Sequence record: SRR31156797_135
Strand: one strand, 5' to 3'
DNA length: 41,421 nucleotides
Made by a program: the position numbers and the translations under genes. How positions within the stretch are numbered: the stretch's first letter is position 1; every line of letters begins with the position of its first letter. This document shows positions 1-8,196 of the stretch, in pieces. The notes below the pieces were generated by a model, which saw nothing but the letters and a program-made list of their open reading frames with translations, ran no database searches and had not been told where the DNA came from.

Positions 1-37
1 TTCGACTTCGCTCAAGGACCTCTTCGCTCAAGGACCT
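1..37. repeat. REP-like repeat TTCGACTTCGCTCAAGGACCT with a tandem 16-bp unit (CTTCGCTCAAGGACCT x2)
   Basis: 16-mer at 6-21 and 22-37; bases 1-22 are identical to 41400-41421. Confidence 0.85.
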
Positions 38-81
38 AGATCTAATATCTAAGATCAATCTAATTAATAACCATAAGCTAG

Positions 82-267
82 CTAAATTGTTTTCTTAACT
101 ACAACCAATAGAAAATCAACCCTGGCGGTAGCTCCCATCAATTGAAATGTTGGTTTCACATTGGGAATAATGGAGATAACTTCTCCCTTTACATCTTGTA
201 GAAATAGCTCTAATTTTTCCTGGATATTTGAACTTCTCACATCAATTCGGTGAACTTTGTAATTCAT
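82..267 (-). CDS. small hypothetical protein (61 aa)
   Basis: ATG-started ORF with protein-like composition, co-oriented with neighbours; no family recognised. Confidence 0.7.
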   Translation of the reverse strand: MNYKVHRIDVRSSNIQEKLELFLQDVKGEVISIIPNVKPTFQLMGATARVDFLLVVVKKTI

Positions 268-428
268 GGTTTTAGAGTTTTAATAAGTATAATAGAGATA
301 AATGATTTATGAATTAGAAATGGCAGTAACCATTCTGAGAAAGACGTCACGATCACACCTCCATCAAAGCAGTAAGATGCTCAATATCAGCCAAATAAGA
401 TTATCAGATCAACTCTAAATTCAATTAA

Positions 429-1418
429 TCAAAATTCAAAGTATTCAAAAGCATCAATTAGATCAAGATAAACGCCATTGAAACCAGCATCTAAGATTTT
501 TTTCAAATACGAATTATCATTTCCATAAATGATACTTTGCCACTCCGGATCCCAATATTTTACTTTGTAATTACCTTCCCAATCAGGGTTTTCAGCAGCC
601 AACCATGCAGGATTTCCAACTTCCCAGCTACTTTGCCAATAATATCTGTAATCTTCAGCTTCGCCAATACTCATATAACAAACCACTAATCTGGAACTTC
701 CATTTTGCTTGGTTTTTAATTGCTCAATTTCTGAAAAAGTGTATTGTTCTTCATTATGGAACAGATCCATAATAATTAAATCATAATTGGTCTGAGAAAC
801 CGCATTGATAAAATCAGATTTAGTTGCAAAGTTTTCACTGTTAATTAGATAAAGGAAATTTTTCACTTGAGAGAGAGTTGTAATATCTTCTGAATTAACA
901 TTATAGGGAGTAACAGGATAATCCGGTATATTATTTAATTCGCGCTCGTCAGCTGCAAAAGAGATATAGCCGTATGTTTCGTTCGTTTGATATGATAAAT
1001 CCATTTTGCTATGTGTCCAGCAATAATCAGTAACTAAAACAGAAAGACTATTTTGCAAAAACAAATCACAAAGTCCTTTCATGTATTCTGTTTCCACAGC
1101 TGGAGTTGCTTCATCATCATTATCATAACCGAATAGAAAGTCTTCTCTACCAGTACCATCTATTGCATCGATATAGGCTGATTGAAGCACTCCATCCTCC
1201 TCACCATTATTTGTGATTAACTCCTGCCCATTTTGTGGAATTATTACAAAAGAATTATCTATATTCTTAGCGTAATCACTCAATCCAATCACAAAATCTC
1301 GCATCGACTGACGATAATTTACATTACCATCAACAGGGGTGGTATTATCATCATCATCGTCCTCACAGCTTGTAAAAAGAATTATGGGAACTATTAATAG
1401 AGAAAGAAGCTTTTTCAT
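429..1418 (-). CDS. TM1410/MJ1477-like (GH114-related endo-alpha-1,4-polygalactosaminidase-like) lipoprotein, circularly permuted
   Basis: Lipobox FTSC; motifs YMSIGEAEDYRYYW, ENPDWEGNYKVKYW, GFNGVYLD, IIPQNG. Confidence 0.85.
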   Translation of the reverse strand: MKKLLSLLIVPIILFTSCEDDDDDNTTPVDGNVNYRQSMRDFVIGLSDYAKNIDNSFVIIPQNGQELITNNGEEDGVLQSAYIDAIDGTGREDFLFGYDNDDEATPAVETEYMKGLCDLFLQNSLSVLVTDYCWTHSKMDLSYQTNETYGYISFAADERELNNIPDYPVTPYNVNSEDITTLSQVKNFLYLINSENFATKSDFINAVSQTNYDLIIMDLFHNEEQYTFSEIEQLKTKQNGSSRLVVCYMSIGEAEDYRYYWQSSWEVGNPAWLAAENPDWEGNYKVKYWDPEWQSIIYGNDNSYLKKILDAGFNGVYLDLIDAFEYFEF

Positions 1419-1516
1419 AATCTTATTAATTAGTTAGTTAGACTATAAAGTTACACATATCTGTCTAAAAAAGAGCAAAATATAATTAAAAAAGAACAAT
1501 CATCTGATTTAAACTA

Positions 1517-1948
1517 TTAAATGCCAAGCAGCTCAAGCTTTTTTACTTTATGGTACATTAAAGTAGCTTTAATACAGGCTTTAAGTTCTTCTTTAGGAAC
1601 GGATTGATTGAGTTGAAAGACTATAGCACGATTACCTTCATATTGAAAAGTAGTGTCAAATCTCATTCGGAAAGTTTCTACTAAACGACTGGTACATTTA
1701 AAATACATAGCATACTGCTCAGGAGTTTTCTCTTTCCAATCCATCCTCAGTGTGCTGCCATGTTTGTTAATATAGCTTGGTTCTCCCCATTTAAGGGTCT
1801 CTTCTAGTTCTTCTATTTCATCTATTTCTTTCGCAGTTTCAAATACCAAATCTCGCAATGAACGCATTTGACTTTGCACAAAATCAGGATAAGAAGCAAA
1901 TTTTAATTCAACCGCTGGGTCAGATTTTATTTTTAGATTACTTTGCAT
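1517..1948 (-). CDS. DUF1801 (YdhG-like) protein
   Basis: LRDLVFETA...EETLKWGEPSY motif; ATG at 1948 preferred over the TTG at 1966 because it gives a shorter overlap with msrB. Confidence 0.8.
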   Translation of the reverse strand: MQSNLKIKSDPAVELKFASYPDFVQSQMRSLRDLVFETAKEIDEIEELEETLKWGEPSYINKHGSTLRMDWKEKTPEQYAMYFKCTSRLVETFRMRFDTTFQYEGNRAIVFQLNQSVPKEELKACIKATLMYHKVKKLELLGI

Positions 1949-2456
1949 CCTTTTCATCCGGTTCAAAGTCCAATATAATTGAATTCATGCAATAACGTTT
2001 TCCAGTTGGTTTAGGACCGTCGTTGAAAATATGTCCAAGATGTGAGTCGCAACGGGCACACTCCACCTCTATCCTATTCATTCCCAGCGAATAATCGGGT
2101 TTGTAATTTACTGCATCAGGTCTTTCAGCTTCAAAAAAGCTTGGCCAGCCACATGTGCTGGCAAACTTAGCTGTGGAGCGGAAAAGTTTGTTTCCGCATA
2201 CAGCACAGTAATAAGTTCCTTTAGCTTCACTATTCCAGTATTCCCCAGTAAAAGCACGCTCTGTACCTTCTTCACGAGCCACACGATACACATCTTTTGG
2301 CAAAATTTTCTTCCATTCAGCATCACTCACATTCAAATGAGTAGTGTCTGTTCTTGAGTAATATGGGTTATTCTTAGATTTCATTGTTGATTCCTCTGAT
2401 TGCGGTTTACATTCGGTTACTGCAAACATTAATAAAACTAAAACAAATATTCTCAT
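1938..2456 (-). CDS. msrB: peptide-methionine (R)-S-oxide reductase MsrB with N-terminal signal peptide
   Basis: GTERAFTG, CAVC and CARC zinc ligands, GWPSF, HLGHIF, RYCMNS. Confidence 0.95.
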   Translation of the reverse strand: MRIFVLVLLMFAVTECKPQSEESTMKSKNNPYYSRTDTTHLNVSDAEWKKILPKDVYRVAREEGTERAFTGEYWNSEAKGTYYCAVCGNKLFRSTAKFASTCGWPSFFEAERPDAVNYKPDYSLGMNRIEVECARCDSHLGHIFNDGPKPTGKRYCMNSIILDFEPDEKDAK

Positions 2457-2638
2457 AATAGTTGGTTTTCCCTTAATAACTGGTATTTAGAATACAATTG
2501 ATGAAAGAAAATGTTCGTTTCGATTCCCTACTTCTAGCGTCCGCCAGTTGGGGATAAAGGAATCTACTCTATTATGCATGCTACTTCAAGTAAAGGTATA
2601 TACATTGACAAGCATGACGCTCCTGTCTAGAAAAGTTA

Positions 2639-2668
2639 CTGGCTACCACGCATTAAAATGATAGCCAG
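2639..2668 (-). terminator. possible intrinsic terminator downstream of the 2696-3274 gene
   Basis: CTGGCTA...TAGCCAG inverted repeat; minus-strand tail TAACTTTT is only weakly U-rich. Confidence 0.4.
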
Positions 2669-2695
2669 CTTTATAAATGATTAGTCTTTTTCTAA

Positions 2696-3274
2696 TTAAA
2701 AGTCAAACCCGATAGCTAACCGAAGACCACCTGGTGTCATCCTATCCATAACTTCTTCTGATTCCGAGGTTATTTCTATATCCTCTTGTAATTCATATGC
2801 ATTTTGAGTAAGATTTACTGCAAATCCACTCTCAACAAAGAATCGCGATTTTTTTCCTAATTTGAAGTTGTATCCAAAAATAACATTAAAGTTATACACT
2901 TGTTTTAAATCAATATCCACTTCCTGAACACCATGATGTTCAGTAGCCATATCAAGTTCTAATCCTTTCATACCGGCTGCCAAGGATACACCACTTTTAA
3001 AATAGTAAGAATAAAAACCTTTAGGATGATATTGAAGGTTTACACCAGTTTTAAATCCCCACATCCCCAACCCTGCACCAACACCAAGCATTACTTTATT
3101 AGATAAGGCAAAGTTTCCATGCATACCAATAACTCCTGAAATATTATTTATACCGGTACTAAAACCAATAAATTGCCTTTTGTATAATGATGGATCATCT
3201 TGATTTTGATCCTGAGCATGAAGGCTTCCAAAAATAATTATACTGAATAAAAAAATAGATAAAATCTTTTTCAT
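2696..3274 (-). CDS. putative outer-membrane beta-barrel protein
   Basis: Signal peptide, Gly/aromatic alternating strands, C-terminal Phe (IGFDF). Confidence 0.7.
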   Translation of the reverse strand: MKKILSIFLFSIIIFGSLHAQDQNQDDPSLYKRQFIGFSTGINNISGVIGMHGNFALSNKVMLGVGAGLGMWGFKTGVNLQYHPKGFYSYYFKSGVSLAAGMKGLELDMATEHHGVQEVDIDLKQVYNFNVIFGYNFKLGKKSRFFVESGFAVNLTQNAYELQEDIEITSESEEVMDRMTPGGLRLAIGFDF

Positions 3275-3450
3275 ATTGTTTCATTTTAGTGTAGTAAAAA
3301 AATCCGATGCAAATAAAGCGAAAATTTTTAGTTAATAAAACATTGTTATACCTATCCGGATTCAAATTGAATAGGATAATTGTAATGAATTAAATGCAAA
3401 ATGATTTGACAAATTTTCACAATATGTCGTTCATTTCGGGCGACCTTTTT

Positions 3451-3867
3451 TTATTCCCAATCTTTATTTCTTCTTCGATCTTTCTTTTCCGATGTCTTGC
3501 GTTTATTATCAATTCGCTTTCTTATTGCTGCTTTAGAAGGTTTTGTAGGAATACGCTTTTTCTTTCTTTTAAGTGCTGAGCTTAATAATTCATAAAACTT
3601 TTGAACACAAATCTCTTTGTTTTTAACTTGTGAGCGGGTTTCTTCTGAATGAATAAGTAATTCGCCTTCAGAATTGATTTGCCCTGACAATTTATTCAAA
3701 ATCCGATCCTTTTGATCAGGACTTAAATACTTTGATTCCAATACATTGAAGCGAAGGGTAACCCGAGTCTCCGTTTTATTCACGTGCTGACCACCCGGTC
3801 CACTGCTGCGTGAAGTTTTAAATTCAAACTCGTCAGAAAAATCAATATGTTCAATATTAGCATTCAT
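3451..3867 (-). CDS. arfB: alternative ribosome rescue peptidyl-tRNA hydrolase ArfB (YaeJ)
   Basis: RSSGPGGQHVNKT with GGQ motif; basic C-terminal tail KKRIPTKPSK. Confidence 0.95.
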   Translation of the reverse strand: MNANIEHIDFSDEFEFKTSRSSGPGGQHVNKTETRVTLRFNVLESKYLSPDQKDRILNKLSGQINSEGELLIHSEETRSQVKNKEICVQKFYELLSSALKRKKKRIPTKPSKAAIRKRIDNKRKTSEKKDRRRNKDWE

Positions 3868-4370
3868 TAATACTCAATTCCTTTTCGAGCTTCTGTACCA
3901 TTAGTATAGTAATGCTTCACCTCCTTGATTTCTGACACCAAATCAGCCAGTTCGATGAGCTCATCAGGAGCATACCTCCCGGTAGAAACTATTTCGCATT
4001 TTTCTTTGAACTTCCGGATTAGATCAACTACCAATTTTTGGTCAAATAATTTGTAATACAAAGCAATATGTAACTCATCCAAAATAACCATTTGAAAATT
4101 ACTTTCTTCAAGTATTCGGGATACTTCATTTAAGCCATTTATTGCTGCTTCATAATCTTCTTTTTCAGGATCTTTTTCAATAAAACAGGTACGACCAAAC
4201 ATCTTTAAGTCAATATTTGGAATGGATGCTATAACAGAATGTTCTGCATATACTTTACCTTTCACAAACTGACCAATAAAAACCCTTAAACCAGCTCCTG
4301 CAGCCCGAACAGACATCCCTAGTGCAGCAGTTGTTTTACCTTTCCCGTTTCCTGTAATTACATGGTACAT
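3867..4370 (-). CDS. cobO: cob(I)yrinic acid a,c-diamide adenosyltransferase (CobO/BtuR family)
   Basis: TGNGKGKTTAALG, QFVKG, ILDE, TGRYAP, KHYY..G..ARKGIEY. Confidence 0.93.
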   Translation of the reverse strand: MYHVITGNGKGKTTAALGMSVRAAGAGLRVFIGQFVKGKVYAEHSVIASIPNIDLKMFGRTCFIEKDPEKEDYEAAINGLNEVSRILEESNFQMVILDELHIALYYKLFDQKLVVDLIRKFKEKCEIVSTGRYAPDELIELADLVSEIKEVKHYYTNGTEARKGIEY

Positions 4371-4376
4371 ATCTAA

Positions 4377-5099
4377 TTACTTATTGATTCTCAACTCACT
4401 ATCTCTTAGCAACGGAACGATATCAGTATAATCCTTTTGCATAGCCCAGGCCATATCATCCTTTAATATTTCATACTTGCCCTTTAGTCGTGGAGAAGCT
4501 TCCAAAATATAGGAAATCCAATCATCACCAGCTGCATGCAGCATAGCGTTAGTAATAGATATAGAATCAGAGGTACTATAAAACTCATCCATTTGCAATA
4601 AATCATTTGCAAAAGCTCCTGCTAGCAAAGAATCTTCAATATTTACCTTCATTGTCCAACCAGAACAAAGTAATATCACATCTTTGTCAGACTTCAGAAT
4701 ATGATCTAATACAGCTGAGTAATTTAATATAGCAGCAACAATTGTTTCCTCTCCATTGGTTGCAGCAAAAGCTTGCGTACCATTAGTAGTAGTCATGGCT
4801 ATTTTCTGGTCTTTTACATTTTCAGGCTGAAATTCAAGTGGTGAATTTCCAAAATCAAAATCCTCAATTGGATCGCCATTTCGCTCTCCTGCAATTAAAT
4901 ATCCATGTTCACGATATGATTCGGCCAATTCAACATTTGAAACAGGAGTAATAGAAGCAGCGCCATTATTGAGAGCCGTCACAATTACTGTTGTAGCTCT
5001 AAACAAATCAATTACTACAACCAAATTATCCTCCTGCTTATAAGAATTATATAGCGCCGGGGAGAAACATATATCTACATGTCGCTTATTTACTTCCAT
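4377..5099 (-). CDS. comB: 2-phosphosulfolactate phosphatase (ComB family)
   Basis: VVIDLFRATT, GERNG, DFGNSP, TTTNGT, EDSLLAG motifs. Confidence 0.9.
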   Translation of the reverse strand: MEVNKRHVDICFSPALYNSYKQEDNLVVVIDLFRATTVIVTALNNGAASITPVSNVELAESYREHGYLIAGERNGDPIEDFDFGNSPLEFQPENVKDQKIAMTTTNGTQAFAATNGEETIVAAILNYSAVLDHILKSDKDVILLCSGWTMKVNIEDSLLAGAFANDLLQMDEFYSTSDSISITNAMLHAAGDDWISYILEASPRLKGKYEILKDDMAWAMQKDYTDIVPLLRDSELRINK

Positions 5100-5107
5100 C
5101 TTCTTAT

Positions 5108-5887
5108 TTATATTTTTATTTCAAAATCATCGGCATCATCAAACACCGGGAATTTCTTTCTAAAATCGTTCAGTTCATCCAGATCAATCTGAAAAGTTAG
5201 CATTTCATCTTTCTCATTTGTAAAATTACTTATAATCTCTCCACGTGGATTAATCATTAAAGAATTTCCATCATAAAATAAATTCCGGCCATCATTTCCT
5301 ACCCTGTTTACACCAGCCACATAACACTGATTCTCAATAGCTCTTGCCATTAACAACTTTTCCCATACCTGGGAGCGCGCAGCAGGCCAATTGGCCACAT
5401 AAATAGCTAAATCGTAATTATCTCTATTTCTACTCCAAACTGGAAATCTAAGATCGTAACACACAAATGGAGCTATTCTCCATCCTTTATAGTTTATTAT
5501 CTTTTGTGTTTTGCCAGCCTGAAAAACTTCATGTTCTCCTCCCATTTGAAACAAATGGCGTTTATCATAATATTCCACATTACCCAGTTCATCAACCCAT
5601 ACGAATCTATTCAGGAATTCATTGTCAATCTTTACCATAATGCTTCCACATATTGCGCACTGTTTTTGGATAGCCATATCTTTCATCCAACCTATAGTTT
5701 CACCTGGCCATTCTTCAGCAATATGTTGAGGCTCCATAGAAAATCCGGTGGTAAACATTTCCGGTAGAATTATAATATCTGTATCATTTGGAAGCAATTC
5801 GAATCGACTTTCAAATGCTTTCATATTAGCTTTTGGGTCTTCCCAGATCAAATCTGATTGAAATAATGCAAGATGTAATTTATTCAT
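5108..5887 (-). CDS. nitrilase-family amidohydrolase (YafV-like omega-amidase)
   Basis: Glu-Lys-Cys triad motifs LPEMFTTGF, YDKRHLF, VCYDLRFP; ARAIENQ. Confidence 0.9.
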   Translation of the reverse strand: MNKLHLALFQSDLIWEDPKANMKAFESRFELLPNDTDIIILPEMFTTGFSMEPQHIAEEWPGETIGWMKDMAIQKQCAICGSIMVKIDNEFLNRFVWVDELGNVEYYDKRHLFQMGGEHEVFQAGKTQKIINYKGWRIAPFVCYDLRFPVWSRNRDNYDLAIYVANWPAARSQVWEKLLMARAIENQCYVAGVNRVGNDGRNLFYDGNSLMINPRGEIISNFTNEKDEMLTFQIDLDELNDFRKKFPVFDDADDFEIKI

Positions 5888-5896
5888 TGTTCCGTT

Positions 5897-6448
5897 TTAA
5901 AATGGATATTCAAATTGCTCCGGCTTTTTAGCTTTAGGATCTACTGATTTAATTGATAAGACTAACTTTCTGAAATCACCTTCTTGATCATTAGAAGGAT
6001 GTATTAATTCCAATAGTGTAATCTCTTTCTTCTCAAAATCAATAGCAGCAGGGAGAATTGGAATTTTCGCTTTTTTAGCAATATAGTAAAAACCCTTCTT
6101 CCAACTTTTTACCTTTTTTCTGGTGCCTTCAGGTGTTACAACTAAAACAAACTTTTTAGACTTATTAATTCTATTTACAACATCAGTAATCATTTGTTTA
6201 GGAACTTTCCGATTTACCGGTATTGCTTTTAGAGCTCTTAGCAGAATTCCATAAGGAAAAAAGAATAGTTCTTTTTTGATTAAAAAATGCACATTTACTC
6301 GCATTGAAGTAGCAACCAGCCTACCAATTACAAAATCTTTGCTTGAAGTATGTGGAACCACAGCAATGATATATTTTGTTTGTTCAGGCTGCTTTCCAAG
6401 TATCTTCCAACCCATTAGTTTTAATAGAATACGAGCTAAATAATGCAT
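5897..6448 (-). CDS. 1-acyl-sn-glycerol-3-phosphate acyltransferase family protein
   Basis: HxxxxD motif PHTSSKD and PEGTR. Confidence 0.85.
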   Translation of the reverse strand: MHYLARILLKLMGWKILGKQPEQTKYIIAVVPHTSSKDFVIGRLVATSMRVNVHFLIKKELFFFPYGILLRALKAIPVNRKVPKQMITDVVNRINKSKKFVLVVTPEGTRKKVKSWKKGFYYIAKKAKIPILPAAIDFEKKEITLLELIHPSNDQEGDFRKLVLSIKSVDPKAKKPEQFEYPF

Positions 6449-6519
6449 TACAAAATTTTAATTGCTTACAAAAAAACAAAAAAGATTTAACAATGGAAAA
6501 GAAAAGAAAGTAGCAATGA

Positions 6520-8088
6520 TTAGTAAAATACTACCTTTCTTTTAATGATTTTATTAGCAGTTTCGAGTCTCATATAATGCAATCCTAGAACATGAACAGG
6601 AACATTCACAAATAACACTCTGCTAGTAGCTGTCAATTCATTCTCCCAAATTAGAATACCTTTTGTATCAAAAAGTTCAATCTTAACATCCCCATCTAAA
6701 GTTGGACTATACACTTGAAATTTTGCATGGGCAGGGTTTGGATAAACATAAACCTCCAAAGAATCAGCAACTTCATCTTCTGGTATTCCAAACCAGCTTC
6801 TCACATCATATCCGGCAGGATCTAACCAATATTTTAATTGTTGAGAGGAATCGCTATACTTATCAAAAGCTAAATCAAAACGTGAATAAAAATCATTAAA
6901 CGGATAATCGCAACTTGCCTCCCCTCCAGTTAAATCTCCCAAAACTTGTTTTCCTTCATTAAATATCGCACTGCCACTTGAACCTCCTTCTGTAACACCA
7001 ACATCCCATCTTAAAATACGCCAAAAAGAGTCGCTATCAAATTCCTGGCTAAATGAACCAATGAGCAAGTCGTCGTAATCAATAGAAATTTTCTTCACAT
7101 CACCTCCAGGATGATGTATACCTGCAACGAATTGTGGACTTTGAGATGATGCATTCCAGCCTGCAAAATGTGTATTAAAGTCCTCAGGTATTTCATCATT
7201 CAACTCCAATAATGTAAAGTCAAGTTTACCCTCGGCATCATCTTTAGTTGCTTTGAGAGTAGCTCCAACTAATCTATTTGAACTAACACCTGGATATTCA
7301 TATGAAGGCGCATCACAATATGGAGCTTCATAATTAAATGCAAAAATAGCATTTGCTGCCGACTGAGGAGTTGAAATACAATGATTTGCAGTTAAAAGGT
7401 AAGGCGTTTGATCATTCAAAGTATTATTTAAAATTGTACCGGTGCATAAATAAATATTGTCATATTGGATTCTTACTACTGCTTGTTTCACATCCTGCCA
7501 GTTTGCTCCTTCATCACAATTTATATCAACCTGACACTCACCTGACTTCAAAAGCTTCTGGTCATATACAATTCCTAACCTATAAAGGGTTATTTCATGT
7601 TCTTTTTGCTTTCGTTTACTTATAAGCTCAATTGTAAGTTTGTTAGAATAATAATTTGGAAATGCACTTAAATCGAAATCATTTTGATCAGGTTTATAAG
7701 GCCCGTCAATATTTTTATTTGAATTCACATAAACAGCTTCCACATCAGCCTCTTTAAGCCCTTTCAAAGTAAAGTTAATTGCATATGCATCCGTTGCATT
7801 CACTTCAAGGAAATAATGGTAGTAACCATCAATACTACGATCTCCATCAGTTATATAGATTGATTTATCAGTATTAAAAGGAATAGCAAATTGATATGGC
7901 GTCCCTTTGTTTTCTATTACTCTACCAGACTTCGGCATATCAATACTAAACTCATCAACCATGTAATTTTGGCGCCATTCATCTTGCTCAAAATAGGTTA
8001 TTTGACATATACCTGATAATGGAATAAATATCAAATTGAAAATTAAAACTAACTGAATGGATGATCTTTTATATTTTAAACTTTTCAT
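6520..8088 (-). CDS. secreted trypsin-like (lysyl endopeptidase-like) serine protease with T9SS C-terminal domain
   Basis: LTANHC (His), DFTLLEL (Asp), GSSGS (Ser); C-terminal YPNP...KRKVVFY. Confidence 0.88.
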   Translation of the reverse strand: MKSLKYKRSSIQLVLIFNLIFIPLSGICQITYFEQDEWRQNYMVDEFSIDMPKSGRVIENKGTPYQFAIPFNTDKSIYITDGDRSIDGYYHYFLEVNATDAYAINFTLKGLKEADVEAVYVNSNKNIDGPYKPDQNDFDLSAFPNYYSNKLTIELISKRKQKEHEITLYRLGIVYDQKLLKSGECQVDINCDEGANWQDVKQAVVRIQYDNIYLCTGTILNNTLNDQTPYLLTANHCISTPQSAANAIFAFNYEAPYCDAPSYEYPGVSSNRLVGATLKATKDDAEGKLDFTLLELNDEIPEDFNTHFAGWNASSQSPQFVAGIHHPGGDVKKISIDYDDLLIGSFSQEFDSDSFWRILRWDVGVTEGGSSGSAIFNEGKQVLGDLTGGEASCDYPFNDFYSRFDLAFDKYSDSSQQLKYWLDPAGYDVRSWFGIPEDEVADSLEVYVYPNPAHAKFQVYSPTLDGDVKIELFDTKGILIWENELTATSRVLFVNVPVHVLGLHYMRLETANKIIKRKVVFY

Positions 8089-8196
8089 ATGTTCAGATTA
8101 ATTAACTTGTATAATCAAAATTAAATAAAAATAAGTAGAGGCCTGTGTAATTTAACATTTAAGTATTATTTTTATAGATTAAAGATCAAGAAATAA

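Noticed and set aside
1-60. CRISPR array at the window ends or in the heptamer tracts
   Set aside because: No repeat-spacer alternation and no cas genes
2522-2564. GATTCC...GGAATC inverted repeat around TCCGCCAGTTGGGGA upstream of msrB
   Set aside because: Short and degenerate; at most a decayed palindromic repeat, with no second copy noticed in the window
3867-5099. Coenzyme M or de novo cobalamin pathway suggested by comB and cobO
   Set aside because: Both occur widely as stand-alone genes and no other pathway genes are in the window
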